From the NCBI GenBank assembly GCA_028023455.1, contig JAQFVV010000006.1:11656001-11720000 (forward strand): a DNA stretch of 64,000 bases. The letters run 5' to 3'. Under the pieces are notes generated by a model. The model was not told the DNA's origin, made no database searches, and saw only the letters and a list, made by a program, of their open reading frames with translations. Source of the DNA: Epiperipatus broadwayi. Lineage: Eukaryota; Animalia; Onychophora. Shown piece by piece: positions 13,920-26,764 of the stretch; position 1 is the stretch's first letter; each line of letters opens with the position of its first letter. The position numbers and the translations under genes are program-made.

Positions 13920-14260
13920 AACAAGTATGGAGAGATATATGTTGGGGAATAATAAAAAAGGATCAAAAGCGAAATACTTGAGAGAACAAATAGGTATCTC
14001 TAACATCATTGAAAGAATTGAAGAGATTGAAATTGAGCTGGGCTAGATATCTTGCTAGAAGAGTATATAAACAATTGAAGTCGTAAAACTGATACCAAGA
14101 GATTGTAAAAGATCTAGAAAGAGAACTCATTTGAGATGGATGGACGAAGTAAGGAAGTTTGTGGGTGCAATGTGGAAAAGAGAGGTTGTGGATTGGAGAA
14201 ATTGAATTAAGCTTGGAAAGACCTTTATCCTGTAATGGTTTGCTGCTAATGGCTGAAAAT
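13920..14260 (+). mobile_element. RTE-clade LINE 3' end fragment
   Basis: Frameshifted translation ERYMLG...LREQIGISNIIERI..LKLSWARYLARR...IPRDCKRSRKRTHLRWMDEVRKFVG resembles the RTE ORF2 C-terminus (LKW.WAGHVARR...RPRGRP..RW.D). Confidence 0.75.
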
Positions 14261-15742
14261 GATACATGTTTGATTTGGAAAGTATTATACTTAAAAACTG
14301 TGAATATTATACAAGTGAGGTAATATGAAGTTGAATATTATTTACAAATGAAGTAAACTTTGAATAAATGGGGATAATATTAATTTAGTGATAATGAGAT
14401 ATAATATTAGGTGATGTTAACTCTCACAAGACTGCAGCTATTTCTGCTGCAGTGTGACATGCATTTGTATACGGCACTCTGCTAACAACAAGGCCTATCA
14501 GATAAATTGAGGTTAGGCTGTTATTAATTTACAGAAATGTTAACAAATAGCAAAAGACAATTTAGGTACATCTTGTGTGAAGCCCTGGCTGATAGATTCT
14601 TGTATGTGTGTGAACGGGACTTCTGCAAACAGATGTACTGTTTTTGATACTTAAATATGTGTGAACAGGACTGCTGCAAGCAGAAGTACTGTTTATGCAT
14701 GTGGCACAACAACACTGCATAGTTTGATGCAGTGGTAGTCTAGTAGACTGGAGCTCAAGGTCTGGTTGTAGCCAGCTCTATTACTTTTTGCGGTTCTCAA
14801 ACTTCTTATGAACTCCGGAGAAATAAATCGTTTGTTAATTTTTTAAATTTATTATAGCAAGTGGACATCAGATATTTTTAAAATGTCAAAACATTTAAAG
14901 TGAATGCAGTTTTCAATATCTTTACTAGAACTGCTAGTCTAAATTAAACCTTTAAAAAAAATTATAAAAATATAAGTGATTTTAGTCTGCCTTTTTTTTT
15001 TTTTAATTTCAAATGTATGGAGGTCATTTTTTTAAGATAATGTGTATTTAAACTTATATAATCTTTTGTATTAAAGAAATAACTTCTGCAGTCCAGTTAA
15101 ATTTTTCAGTCTAATAAACAAGACACCAGAATTATAAAAAAGTAGATAACTTCATTTTTAAAAGTTAAAAATCTAATATGAATATAATTTCCTAAAATTA
15201 ACTCTCAACAATTTCAATGTAGTATAATATAAACGCTAATACTGTATCTGATATCGCTTCTAAAGAAAATTATTATTCTATACAGTGATGGTTTCAAATT
15301 AATAATTATAATATTTGTATATATAAAAAAAACAAATATAATTATAAAATCACAAAAAAATGCAGAAATAAAATTCATTTTGGTTAGAATAGCTTTTAAC
15401 TGGAATCAGTTGATTGCTTTATATTTGTATAAAAAAGAAAAAAAAAAGATACTTGTAGATTACAAAAATGGAGAAATAAAACTTATTTTTGTTTAGAATA
15501 GCTTCTAATTGGAATCAGCTGATCGTTTTATTATAATTTTTTTTATAATAAATACATTTGATTTTTATTATTATAAGCATTATTTAGATTAAATATTATA
15601 ATATTTAAATACAAGTATATTATCTATACTGAACTTAATGTAATTAGAAGGGATTTGAACTCAGACTTTTAAGCTCCTTACAGCTATCTACTCCATCCTA
15701 TACAATTGATACACATGACCACATACTTGTGGAAACGATAAT

Positions 15743-15797
15743 TGGTTCCCAGTATATGTATTTCATGCTGAACCAGCATTCATCAGTTGGTCCAGAT
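15743..15797 (-). ncRNA. Minimal type I hammerhead ribozyme, family D (core intact, stem I partly mutated)
   Basis: Minus strand reads gatctggaccaa-CTGATGA-ATGCTG-gtt-CAGCAT-GAAA-TACATA-TA-ctgg. Intact CUGAUGA and GAAA core, 6-bp stem II, short stem III, predicted AUA cleavage triplet. Confidence 0.7.
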
Positions 15798-16399
15798 CAT
15801 CATCTCACCCACACACACACATATATATATAATCAGTGCTCAGTTTATATTAAGATAGCAGATCTTCAAACTTTAATGATCAAGCTTCAATCTTCTCTAT
15901 CTTTCAACTTTTCAGTCGTCCATATTATTGAAAATCTGATGTTGAAACACTCAAAGCCTTTATTGATGCCAATCTTATTGTCAGACCCACTTTGATTTTT
16001 TAAGTCACTCTGACCTCTCACATATAGGAACTTAATATGTCTATTTAAATAGATAGGATGGATTGGATAGCTGTAGGAGCTTGAAAGTCTTGAGTTCAAA
16101 TCCCTTCTAATTATACTAAGTTCAATATAGACAATGTACTTGTGTATAAATTTTACATATTCAGCCTGTATTTTGCCCACTCCTCTTCTATGTATTTAAA
16201 TGAACATATTTTCTTATACATGACAGATCAGAATGACTTAAAATCAACATGGGTATGACAATAAGATTGGCATCAACAAGGGCTTTCAGCATTCCATCAT
16301 CAAATTTTCAACGATATGGATGGCTGAAGAGTTGGGAGAGTGGAGAGGATTGAAGCCTGTTCATTAAAATTTGAAGATTTACTATCTTAATATAAACTG

Positions 16400-16452
16400 A
16401 TCTGGATCAACTTATGAGTATTGGTTTAGCACAAAATACATGTATTGATCAT
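16400..16452 (+). ncRNA. Degenerate family D hammerhead
   Basis: ggatcaa-CTTATGA-GTATTG-gtt-TAGCAC-AAAA-TACATGTA-ttga. Core G5 and G12 are mutated. Confidence 0.45.
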
Positions 16453-18736
16453 TTATCTTTTTCACATGTATGTGGTCATGTGTATTGAATTGGATTTTCT
16501 AGGATGGAGTGGATAGCTATAGGAAGCTTGAAAGTCTGAGTTCAAATCCCTAAAAAATGGAGAAATAAAATTACTTTTTTTAGAATAAACTGATACAGCT
16601 TCTACTTGGGATCAGTTGGTTTATTTTCTTTTAGGAAAAGAATGATCAGTTATTATAATATATAGATTTGATTTTTATTATTGTAAGCATTATTTACAAT
16701 AAATATAATATTTGCATAAAAAAGTAACCCCCCCAGATCGCAAAAAAAAATGAAATAAAATTATTTACATTTAGACTACAAGCGATATGAGATATCATTA
16801 CCTCCAAAACAGTATGCGAGCAAATTCAAAGTAATTTGATTTTTAATAAATATAGATATAGCTTAGAAGATACAGAAATGAACACTTGTTCAATTTTAAA
16901 AATTCTATGAAACTAAGTCGTATGTTAAGTTTGTGCAGGATAACATACCCATTGCAGCCATTGAGGTTTAAGTCGTATGATTTTAATTTTTTCAATATCA
17001 TAAATATAGTTACTGTAATGATCGCATCTAGCTAAATGATTTTCCTTAGTCTTTAAGCTAACCTTACCGTAAAGATTTGAATTCAATAAGCACAGAAGTA
17101 AACAGCTATTGGTTTTTTTAACAATTAATAATAAGTGAATAATCACCGTAAGCTATTTGATAATCTGTGATTGCAGATCAAAACGTTGATATTTCCCTGC
17201 ATTCTGATATATCGACAGTAAGTTGCGGGAGTCATATATCACAGTAGTGATAATGGTAAAATGCATTTAGCCAGTTTTCAGCTTCATACAATGAATTAGT
17301 GGCAGCTTGTAACTAAAATTTGTGGAGGCGCTGATTCAGAAAATTTTTAGCTATTGGTTTAATCTTGTGTAAAACAAAACAAACATATAGAAAGAAAATT
17401 TATACACAAACTTGATGTGATTGAAACTTTACCTTAGAAAGAAATCTGTAAAAAAACACCAAATTAAACACGTTTACAATCTTCTAAAAAGGGAAAATAA
17501 ATTATTATTTTACCTCGATATTACATAATCTTCTGATTGGGGTAATCTTGTTACTGAAAATCTTGCTTTGACTGCTATCATAATTAACATTTTAATAAAA
17601 CTATGCTGTGGTCATGCAAAAATGCTGGCTCAAAGAAATGGACGTTTTCATTTCTGTTTTGTAGGACATCAAAAAATTCAATCCACCCCAGTGATTACTC
17701 ATTCTTATGATTAGAATAAATGTGGTTATCATTATAAGATGTTTTTTTTTTAAATTTTTTATTTTAAGCAAAATTTTAAGTCACCAATTGTCCGAAAATT
17801 TCTTGCAGGCACTATTTTATGAGATCACAAAGTTAGAATAACTATTGCCAGATGAATACGACTGAAATATTTATTGTTGCAGTTCAAAGTTGATCCATTC
17901 ATTTAAAAATGAAATCCATTGTTCTTGCTTTACTTTGTTGCTTAAGGATTATATAATGTATAAATATAATGAAAGAATTAAAGGAAAAAAGTCTCATTAA
18001 GTCCCTTATATTGAATGTTATCGCAAATAGATAGTCTGCACTGTTTGAGTAGCATTGCTCTCTCTATGTACTATTTTGAAGCTTCTTATCTTGGACATCT
18101 GCACATGTGCACGACGGCCAAACACTGCATCGCTGAAATTGTGAAGTGCACAGTTTCATATAAGGATTTTTATAATTTTTTTATGAACTAGGGGATGGCC
18201 TCTGACATTAAACTTGAAGGATTATATAATGTTCAAGTGTAAAGAAATAAATAAAAAAAATATTTATTATGAATGTTTTAAAGGGCACTGCAGTTTCGCA
18301 GTGCTTATACATGAGACGCAATTGCAATCAGTGACTAAAATATGTGGTATTAATTTAAATATAATACATAATTTATAATTCTGGAACCACTACTCATACA
18401 ATAATACATAAGCTGTAAAGGCATCTACGGCACAGATAACTTTCACACATTAGAAGGGAATTAACTATGGTTTTTACTCTGGGCTTTTTGTATTGAATGA
18501 ACTCACAGATGTGAAAGATTTGTTACTAATATATCTAAGTTTAAAAATATTAAATATAATAATCTAAACTAATACACAATAGTACTAAGCTTGCGCTTTA
18601 TACCCAATTAATGAAGCTATACATAACAATTGATAAGCTAAACACTTTCAGGAGTTCTATGTTCTCATATTCGTAGCTCTTTTCACTAGTAGTTAGTGAA
18701 TACCTCAGTGTTATATGCAAATTTATTCAATAATGT

Positions 18737-19600
18737 TTAAACGGCCCACTTTTTAGAGATAGTAAAGCAGACGTCTCTTTGGTTGAATGTTTTGGGATCA
18801 TCTGCGATAAAACAAGCCTCCTTCCCTTTGTGTTTCGCGTTGTTGCGTTCTGTGCACATTATCTCGGCTGAAGCTGGTTGGAAGGTGTGGTCAGCGATTC
18901 TTTTGTGCTCTACAAATATTGAGCTGTCTTCGGCCTTAGTTCGCACTCTGTGGTATATGTATTGATGTTGCGATAGTCTAGTGGAAATATTTGTTTTAGT
19001 TTCATTGTAGTATGTTGCTTGGCATCCTTGTTGGAGGCAATTATCTTGTACACGACATGGGGGGGAGGGGTTAGTTCAGGTGTAATTATGTCCTTTGCAT
19101 TGTTGATTCATCTATTGGTAGTTGTTGGCGAATGAAAGCCTACTTCGAAGTCATTGGAAAGTTTTTGACTAAAAGTTTAGCTATAGAGGGTATATAAGGT
19201 AGCAGAATCTGTTGTTCATTTTCTATAACTGGGTTGAATCTAATGTGGTAAAATTGTTTAACCTTTCTATTGATAATTCTGCATTTGTATCCCATGTTCT
19301 CCAGGTCTGCCACGAATTGCATCAAATTATCCTTCTTGTCAGCCTCAAATTTACATAAATGATGATTTCTAAAAAGAATCGAAGACAAAGCTGCAAACTT
19401 GTGGGCCTGTAGTGCATTGGAACTAGGATATATGTGACCTGTTATTTCTGGTGGTTTAAGTATCATTCTGTAGTCGAGCTGTAGTTGGTTCCTTTGAATT
19501 TGAAGGTCAAGATATTTGACCTCACCTTTTCATCTTCCCATGTAATGTTCAAGCTTAATTTTGTAGCAATATGGAGGTCATTGTGAATAGGGTATTTGCG
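18737..19600 (-). mobile_element. Penelope-like element: RT C-terminus plus GIY-YIG endonuclease, frameshifted and 5'-truncated
   Basis: Minus strand: GEVKYLDLQIQRNQLQLDYRMILKP...HIYPSSNALQAHKFAALSSILFRNHHLC...NMGY (PLE RT C-terminus). Then, across frameshifts, VVYKI-CLQQGCQATYYNETKTNISTRLSQHQ and EHKRIADHTF...KEACFI...TFNQRD (GIY-YIG). Confidence 0.88.
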
Positions 19601-20305
19601 AGAGGGTTTTTATTTTTATAAATGTTATAAAAACCATTTTCTGTTGTTTTACTTTTGAAGTATAGTTTATTGGTGCATATAAAACGAAACAAGACAGTTT
19701 ATATAAATATGAGTTCAATTACATTTAAGATATAAAATCAAAGGAAAGTGCAAACAACGAAAAAACCCAACACCTATAAGATACACAGTACTGTAGTTAA
19801 TATAGCCATAAATCATAGATGATTGGAAGTAAAACAAATCAAAAATAATTTTTTTAAATTTATAATTTTATTATCTGATAAGTCCAGGATTTACAATAGT
19901 GTTAGTAATGTGAGTAAGCTCTATGCAATTGTAAAAATGTCTGGAGGTGCGAGTACTTGGTCTCTGATTTGTTAAGGAAAAGTAATTGTAATTTTCCTGA
20001 TACCGGATTGAAACAAAAATGGCATTGCAAAAAATCACACCATGAAAAGAATAAAAATAGTAATTCCAATATTTGGAAAGAGGATCTTATGTATGCTATT
20101 GATAAAGTATATAATTCAAAATACTCAAGAACGAGTAATTGTGTTCTCAGCACTGGCTTTAGATACTCTCCACGTTCTCTTTACTTGTCTCCCAACAAGT
20201 TCTACAGGATTGAAAGTAATCATATTTGGGGTAAAATTTTAGAAGGTACTATATTATTTTTTTAACTTGCATAGACTAGATTAAGGAGCATACATTCATA
20301 TAGTT

Positions 20306-20624
20306 CAGGGGTCGCCAAACTTTTTTGATCATAGACCCCTATATAATTTTTCGAAATCTCCATCGACCCCCCAAAAAGTAATTTTCAGTTAATTAAAATA
20401 AAACTATCTATTAGGTACTGTGTTTGTACATTTATTTTACGATTTTAAACATTTATTAAAGTAATTTTACATTGTGTAACAATAGTTTTATGAAAAATAT
20501 GTGTGATTTGCATATTAAGAATTGTTTTTCCTTCGATCCCCAATCGACCCCCTGGCTCAGATCGCCCCCTACTTTTGTTTAATAGATCCCTGGGGGTCTA
20601 TATAGACCACTTTGGCGACCTCTG
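20306..20624. mobile_element. hAT-type MITE (319 bp)
   Basis: TIRs CAGGGGTCGCCAAA and TTTGGCGACCTCTG. 8-bp TSD atatagtt / atatattt (7 of 8 match). Confidence 0.9.
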
Positions 20625-21394
20625 ATATATTTAATAATTGTATTAAATTCATGAATTTTGATGGATCATATACCACATCACTTTACTATTTAAGTAAAGT
20701 TATTAACAAGTATATATGGAGATTGAGATAACTTTTAAATTTTATTATTTTATGCACACCTTTTAATTTCATTGAGATAAATCTCATTTACCTCTTTATG
20801 TTTAAAAGTTTTGTTATGTTTAGGAATTGAGCATTAGGTGTAAAAAAAGACATTAATAATAATAGATAGTACATATTTGCAATCATTTTTTTCTATACAA
20901 ATGCTCATTTGCATATAGAAACTGGATTATTCCTGTAAACAAAAATATATATCAAAGATATAAGAATTCAGTTTTGATCATTTGTGACACATCTTATATC
21001 TATCACGGAACATTTTGGTGAGAAAGTAAGTGTTTTCTGGTAGAATGGATATCATCATAAAGTTTATGTTTACATACTTTTCACTTAAATTTTTAATAGT
21101 ACATAACACTTTTATATTATAATGATATAAGGAGCTTTGTTATGTTCCAGTGTAGCCTCAGATTTGAAATGCTAGAATAAAATATGTCAAGGGGATGGTA
21201 ATCAATAGATAGACATATTAATTTTGATATCTGTATATACATAATTAGTTAAATAAATAAGTAGCCTTTTAATAAATATAAAATTAGCCATTAATTTCAA
21301 TTTTAAAAATTATGGTTTATATACTCATTGTTTTTATAAATTTTGTTTATTCTGAGACAAAATTCTGTGTAGCTGTATATATATCAATATATAT

Positions 21395-23194
21395 TATAAC
21401 GGTCAACGAACATCCCTAACCTAATCTGCCATACCAGGGCACCACCAGGCCATTTGAACCTGGAAAATTTATACAGTAGGCAGATACGCGCGGGAGAGGT
21501 TACCTTTTTATTGAACTGAAAGCAACAGTCGTTAGCTCAGGGAGAAGCTGAGCTTAAAATATCATACTGTATATTCAAATTTCTAATGCTTACTTTTAAA
21601 TATTAATAAAATATATAAAATAAGTTACTGCCAAAATTAATTCAACAAAACATTTTATTATAACGCACACACGCATTAAAAAGATTCTGAAAATTAAATC
21701 AACTAAATATATTTGATTTGGATTATATGCACAGATGGAAGCGTTTAATAGATTTAAATACAATTTTAATATTTTATTAAGTGTGAACATGCTACATAGA
21801 TTATGCAATAACCAACCCAATCCCTTTTAATCTTAGGCCAAAAATCTCACATTTAAACCAACGCTAGCTTACTGATATACTGATGTGACCAATGCAAAAT
21901 GAGATTATTAGCATAACACAATCATGCTAACAGGAATTTTACATCTGTAGCATGATATCATTAGAAAAATAACGAATCATGGTGAGAAGGAATAAACATC
22001 TTCCCCATGATACAAGAACGAAATTATACGAGAAGCTCTGTAAATGATGATAGCAGTCTTTGCCGGCTTACTGTCCCAGTCAGAGCTTAAGAAAATCAAT
22101 GGCATAGGAAATACGTCTACGACCATTGACAATGTGATGACTACTCTTTTGGGTCATACGTTCAGGTGGGTATTATGCCCTGTATGCTAACGCGGTACAA
22201 GGGAACGAGTATCCAATGCACCTACTCAAGTTACATTGACATAAAACATTTGTACATCTATCCACTAGCACTGATCTAACTACGAAACAATTAGCCCAAA
22301 ATTAACACACTTTAAACTAACAATCTTACGAATCTATGCAGCCATTCACGCTCACTTTAAATAATTAATTTAAAAGAAATTACGAGAATGGAAATGATTT
22401 TTTTTAAAAAAGAAAATATATAAATAATTTAAAATTTAGTCAGATAAGCGATTTCTTTTAAAAGTTAAGTGACACTTAAAATACTGGAAAAAGTTTGCAT
22501 TATATGATTAATGTTCATACTTCATTTAAAAGAAAAGTTTATACTTTCCAATGCTATAGGTAAAGTCCGTCTTTGTAATCCTTGATGCATGGTAGAATTC
22601 AAAGTTCTTTCCATTTCCTATTCTTCTAGATGGAGAGAAGTCCGTTGCTGGCTATTTTCCGGGAACCATCCTATTCTGGAGACTGCTTCAGCTGCTGCAA
22701 ATACGGGAAACGTAAATTATTGCTGACCCCTACATTTTGGAGATCCGCAATACACTTATCAATATATTTAATAATATACAATCAGCAAGAGCAATCCAAA
22801 AATCTATTCTCCTTTCAAAGTTTTTTTTTTTTATCTTTGTAAACTCTTATCAGTAGTATTTTTTTCAAATTTATCTCTTATCTGACTATATGCCTAAGGG
22901 CCTGTTTGCAATTACCTCAAAATAGAAAATCATTTCCATTCTAAGAATAAAAATAACTAATTAACAGCATTTTTTTTTTAAAAAATTCTTTTATATTAAA
23001 AAGAATCTTGTTTTTAGATTTTAACTTTAAATTATATAATTAGTTTGCCATCTGTGCATTATATATATTAATTCAAATCAAATTATTAGCCCCCCCCCCC
23101 TTTTATACATATATTTCTACTCGAGGGTGATTTTATATTTTTTTTTTTACTTCTATTTGAAAGAAATGTAATGGCATATACTTATTCCGTTACA
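21395..23194 (-). mobile_element. Solo LTR, same Gypsy-type family
   Basis: Termini TATAACGG and CCGTTACA. TSD ATAT at 21391-21394 and 23195-23198. Shares tttgaacctggaaaatttata(c/t)agtaggcagatacg with the 10.6-kb copy. Confidence 0.85.
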
Positions 23195-24659
23195 ATATAT
23201 ATATATATACTAATTACACTTACGTTTCTATCATATTCTATGGTTATTGTCAAAGTCTACTTCCAATTATTTCTTTATAAAGCAATTATAAATAATAGGA
23301 ATGTCATCTGTTTTCTTAGGCCAGCCTATGATTATTGTGCTGGTCTATTTCATAAATTGAATTTAACAGCCATTGCTCTGTATAGATGTGGACAAATACA
23401 TATGAACCATGTAGTGGATGGTTTACAAAAGTATGGATACAACTGGAACAATTGAAGAATTTAATAAAGCCACTAATAAATTTATTTCCCGGTTAGAATT
23501 TCTACAGCTTTTTTTTATTATGATATTTTGTTAATAGTTTATGCTGTCTAAAAAATATGAAATCTATATACTAAATAAATTCGAAATAGATGCTAAAAAT
23601 GATCAGTATAGGCCCCATAGGAAGATGTATATATATATATGGATAGTAGAAAAACTGATTTAATAGAATGAATAAGATTTATAAAGAAAATGAATGTGTA
23701 GACAACATTTATATATATGCAATTAGGTAACTTCTGTTATCTAAAGAAAATTATGAAGGTGAGTTGAATTCAATCATTCATGACCACTAGGTTCTATTAT
23801 CTAAACATGAATTATACTTTGAGTAGCATTTTTTAAGTGATCTTCAATATATAGAAAAATAATAAACACAGAACAGTAAATAAATTATTACAGACATACA
23901 TTTTAAATAAACTTGAGAAAATGCATTAGTTAATTACCCTAATCAGTTTTTATTTTTTCTAGTTACAAAGAAAAAAAATTATCTTTCTAAAAAGTTTGTA
24001 GTAAAATGAGGAAACATTAAATGAGGTGTGTGAATATTTATCTCTAAATCATTGAGCAAAATGAAGTTGATAAAGTTTTTAAAACATATCTGTAAGTTGA
24101 AAGAAAAAAGGGATTGGTCAAGCTAACTGCCCACTAAATTAAAGTTAATATGTATATTATATATTTTTAACATTTGTTTTAACTTTTGAGAAGCATGTAG
24201 ATGCTTGAAAGATTTGTTAAAGTTTATAATGAAGTGAGGGTTAAAAATCTTGCTGAATTATTCTTAATTCAGAAATAATTGATAATCTGAAAAGTCTCAG
24301 AAGTCAAAGAAGCCCGATTAACGGTATTTCATCTATAAATTTAGAAGTGTGCATAAATTCAATTAAACAAGTTTAAAAAAGAAGTGTAAATGATAAATAT
24401 ATAATCTATAATATAAACAAGCAAATGCACTCACATATAAAATAAGGTATACAAATGGTTATAATATCTATAAATTTGAAATATTGGAACCTAAGTTGTT
24501 AATATTTTATTCATGAATTCCATAAATTGATGATAGAACTCTATCAAAATTTTTTTTACACTCATTGAAGCTTATGAAAGAAATTATTCAATTTCACTAC
24601 ATGAAATGATTTAAAATCACTCATTTTCAGGTTTGCATGAGAAAGAAAACAAAATATAA

Positions 24660-25220
24660 TTAATAATATTTTTGTAGTGTAATTTTGATTACACCACTCT
24701 CATGCAAGGTAGGGACTGATTTCTATCCGCTTTTAACACCTTGCAGAGGGATATAATCGTAAACATATGACCAAAGATGTGAAAAAGATTTATGATCCCC
24801 AATATGCACATTTTGTGTTGAACCAGCACTTCTCAATTGGCTCAGACTATCTACAGGCTCTTACTCATATCTTTATCACATAATCGCCGTTATGTACAGA
24901 GAGTTTTGCCTGTTTTTTTTCATATCCTTATCATTGTTCAGTACACATGTAGATAGCAATTACAGTTTATTTGATAAGTCAAACATGCTGCCCTCACTAC
25001 TTTGACACAAATTACTTAATGAAAAGTATATTAATATTTTTTATTAGTCATTCATTAGACTAGAGATTTTCTTATAATGAATAATATTTCTGTAATGTAA
25101 TTTTCACTAAACCAGCCCCTATCTTGCATGAAAGTGGTGTAGTGAAAATTACATTACAGAAGTATTATTCATTATTGGATAATCTCTGCTCTAATGAATG
25201 ACTAATAAAAAAGATATTAA
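24660..25220. repeat. Family D-related ~415-bp unit with degenerate HHR (~24795-24850, minus) ending in a 190-bp hairpin (arms 25031-25109 and 25140-25220)
   Basis: Minus strand reads gccaa-TTGAGAA-GTGCTG-gtt-CAACAC-AAAA-TGTGCATA-ttgg. Direct repeat aataatattt(t/c)tgta(g/a)tgtaatttt at ~24662 and ~25080. Terminal inverted copy. Confidence 0.7.
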
Positions 25221-26752
25221 AATGTAAGTATTTGAATATTTAAATTTATTACTCCGTTAAATAATGAGTAATTATTATTAATATTAGTGCTATTGCATAT
25301 GAAAAAGAATAAGTTGAAGAAAATGACAATAGAGGGAAGTGTTAGGCAAATATAAACATTTTGAAAATTTGGTCAGTTGGGTTTTTAGAACTAGGATTGT
25401 AAATAGGTGAGTAATTTTGTAGTGTAAAGAGGTAATTTGTAATGTGGAAAAAGTTAATAGTTAATTATTAAATATTTAATAAAAAATAAGAAAAGGTTAA
25501 AAGCTGATTAAAAATGTAAGTAAAAAGGCAATAATGTATATTGAATAGTAGAATTAAAAGTTGAAGTTTTAAAATGTAATAAATAATTTTAAAAATAAAA
25601 TAAAGTAATATAAAATAAATGATGTGGATAGAATTAATTTGGAGTAAAGTAATAAAATGGGAAATGATTATTTATAATGGTCAGGTTAAAATGTATGCTA
25701 TATTTGTGTATTTAATTACGTATATGAATGTATAAAATGTATTAATTGTATAATTATATATTTGAATATTGTAGCTCTGACTGCAGGACAGTCAAAACTG
25801 TTAAGATGAAGTTTTTATAGTATTATTAAAGTGTTGAAGGAAGTTGAAAATGGTATGATATACTATTGCATACAGGTTTTAAACAAATACAGTTATTTGT
25901 TTTTGACATTGTTCATCGAGTATTAAGCAAAGGAAATGTATATTTTTTTAGATTTTATCTTTTTTTTTTTTTACATTTATTTTTATCAAGGAATGGAATC
26001 ACATTTTTTTATATTCCTTATAGAAAACAATGGAAAGAAAAAAAGGGAAATAGTTAATTAAAATTAATCTCCATGGTTTAAATCTTAATCAAATTATTAG
26101 AATTTGTAAAAAATCTTTTTTATTAATAGTAACCAGTGGTTCATTTTTAATAATGTGAGGTAATTTATATAGAAACTTTGCAGTCTTTATTAATTATAAT
26201 GAGTTTCAAAAGTTGTTCTATGAATGACAAATTGCATTTGCTCCTCCCCTTGCTGAACACACATGGGAGGATTTATATTTAACTATGAATGGCATTGGGT
26301 TATACACATTAAGGATACAGGAAGTCAGTCTTTTAACCAATTACTCAAACATCATGATTTCTGAAGAAACTGACTATACATAAATAAACTTTAACATAAC
26401 TAAAAATAAAAGGATTTTTGTTTTATCTTCTACCCAAATTGCAATTTAGGAAATTTCTGTGGTATTATATATAAATTTTTATAATAAGTAAAAGAAAACC
26501 AAATGTTTGGAAAAAAGATAGATAGTTATAATACATAATGTCATTATATAAATAAGTATATATAACAGTATATAAAAATAGATACCATTTTATTATACTA
26601 TGATCCTAATTAAGGGCTTTAGTATACTATAGAAACTTAGCCCCTGTTATTCACACATTCAAAGTATATATATATTTTGATAATTAATTAATCGTGAACA
26701 ATGACACACCACTTGAAGTTTTCCACATCTAGAATTGACGTTTGCTTTTCAG

Positions 26753-26764
26753 GATTGAGCAGAG
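26753..26764 (+). CDS. NF1: Candidate 12-nt NF1 microexon (phase 1-1, would add G-L-S-R)
   Basis: aattgacgtttgcttttcag|gattgagcagag|gtgaga. Canonical acceptor with a branch-like TTGAC, and a canonical donor. Frame-preserving and phase-compatible with the exon at 28360. No transcript evidence. Confidence 0.4.

Larger units (their letters stand above)
15601..16550. mobile_element. Family D ~470-bp HHR-bearing repeat: minus-strand unit plus inverted plus-strand unit
   Basis: 15601-16020 is reverse-complementary to 16050-16550. The plus unit starts and ends with ggatagct..ag(g)agcttgaaagtctgagttcaaatccc (direct repeat, period ~460-470). Related copies at ~24.7-25.1, ~47.9 and 54.2-54.7 kb. Confidence 0.85.

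Noticed and set aside
16060-16110. tRNA gene suggested by GAGTTCAAATCCC
   Set aside because: No cloverleaf or convincing A-box; it is part of the family D terminal repeat.
17177-17217. 41-nt exon-like segment (ttgcag|...|gtaagt; DQNVDISLHSDIST in one frame)
   Set aside because: The donor is strong, but the pyrimidine tract is poor, the length is not a multiple of 3, no phase-compatible partner exon was found and there is no NF1 similarity. RNA-seq could rescue it.
19902-20265. Overlapping ORFs as an NF1 exon or nested gene
   Set aside because: No NF1 similarity, no consistent splice sites and no recognisable domain.
25770-25810. GACTG-cagga-CAGTC-AAAAC hairpin as a hammerhead
   Set aside because: The core is missing on both sides.
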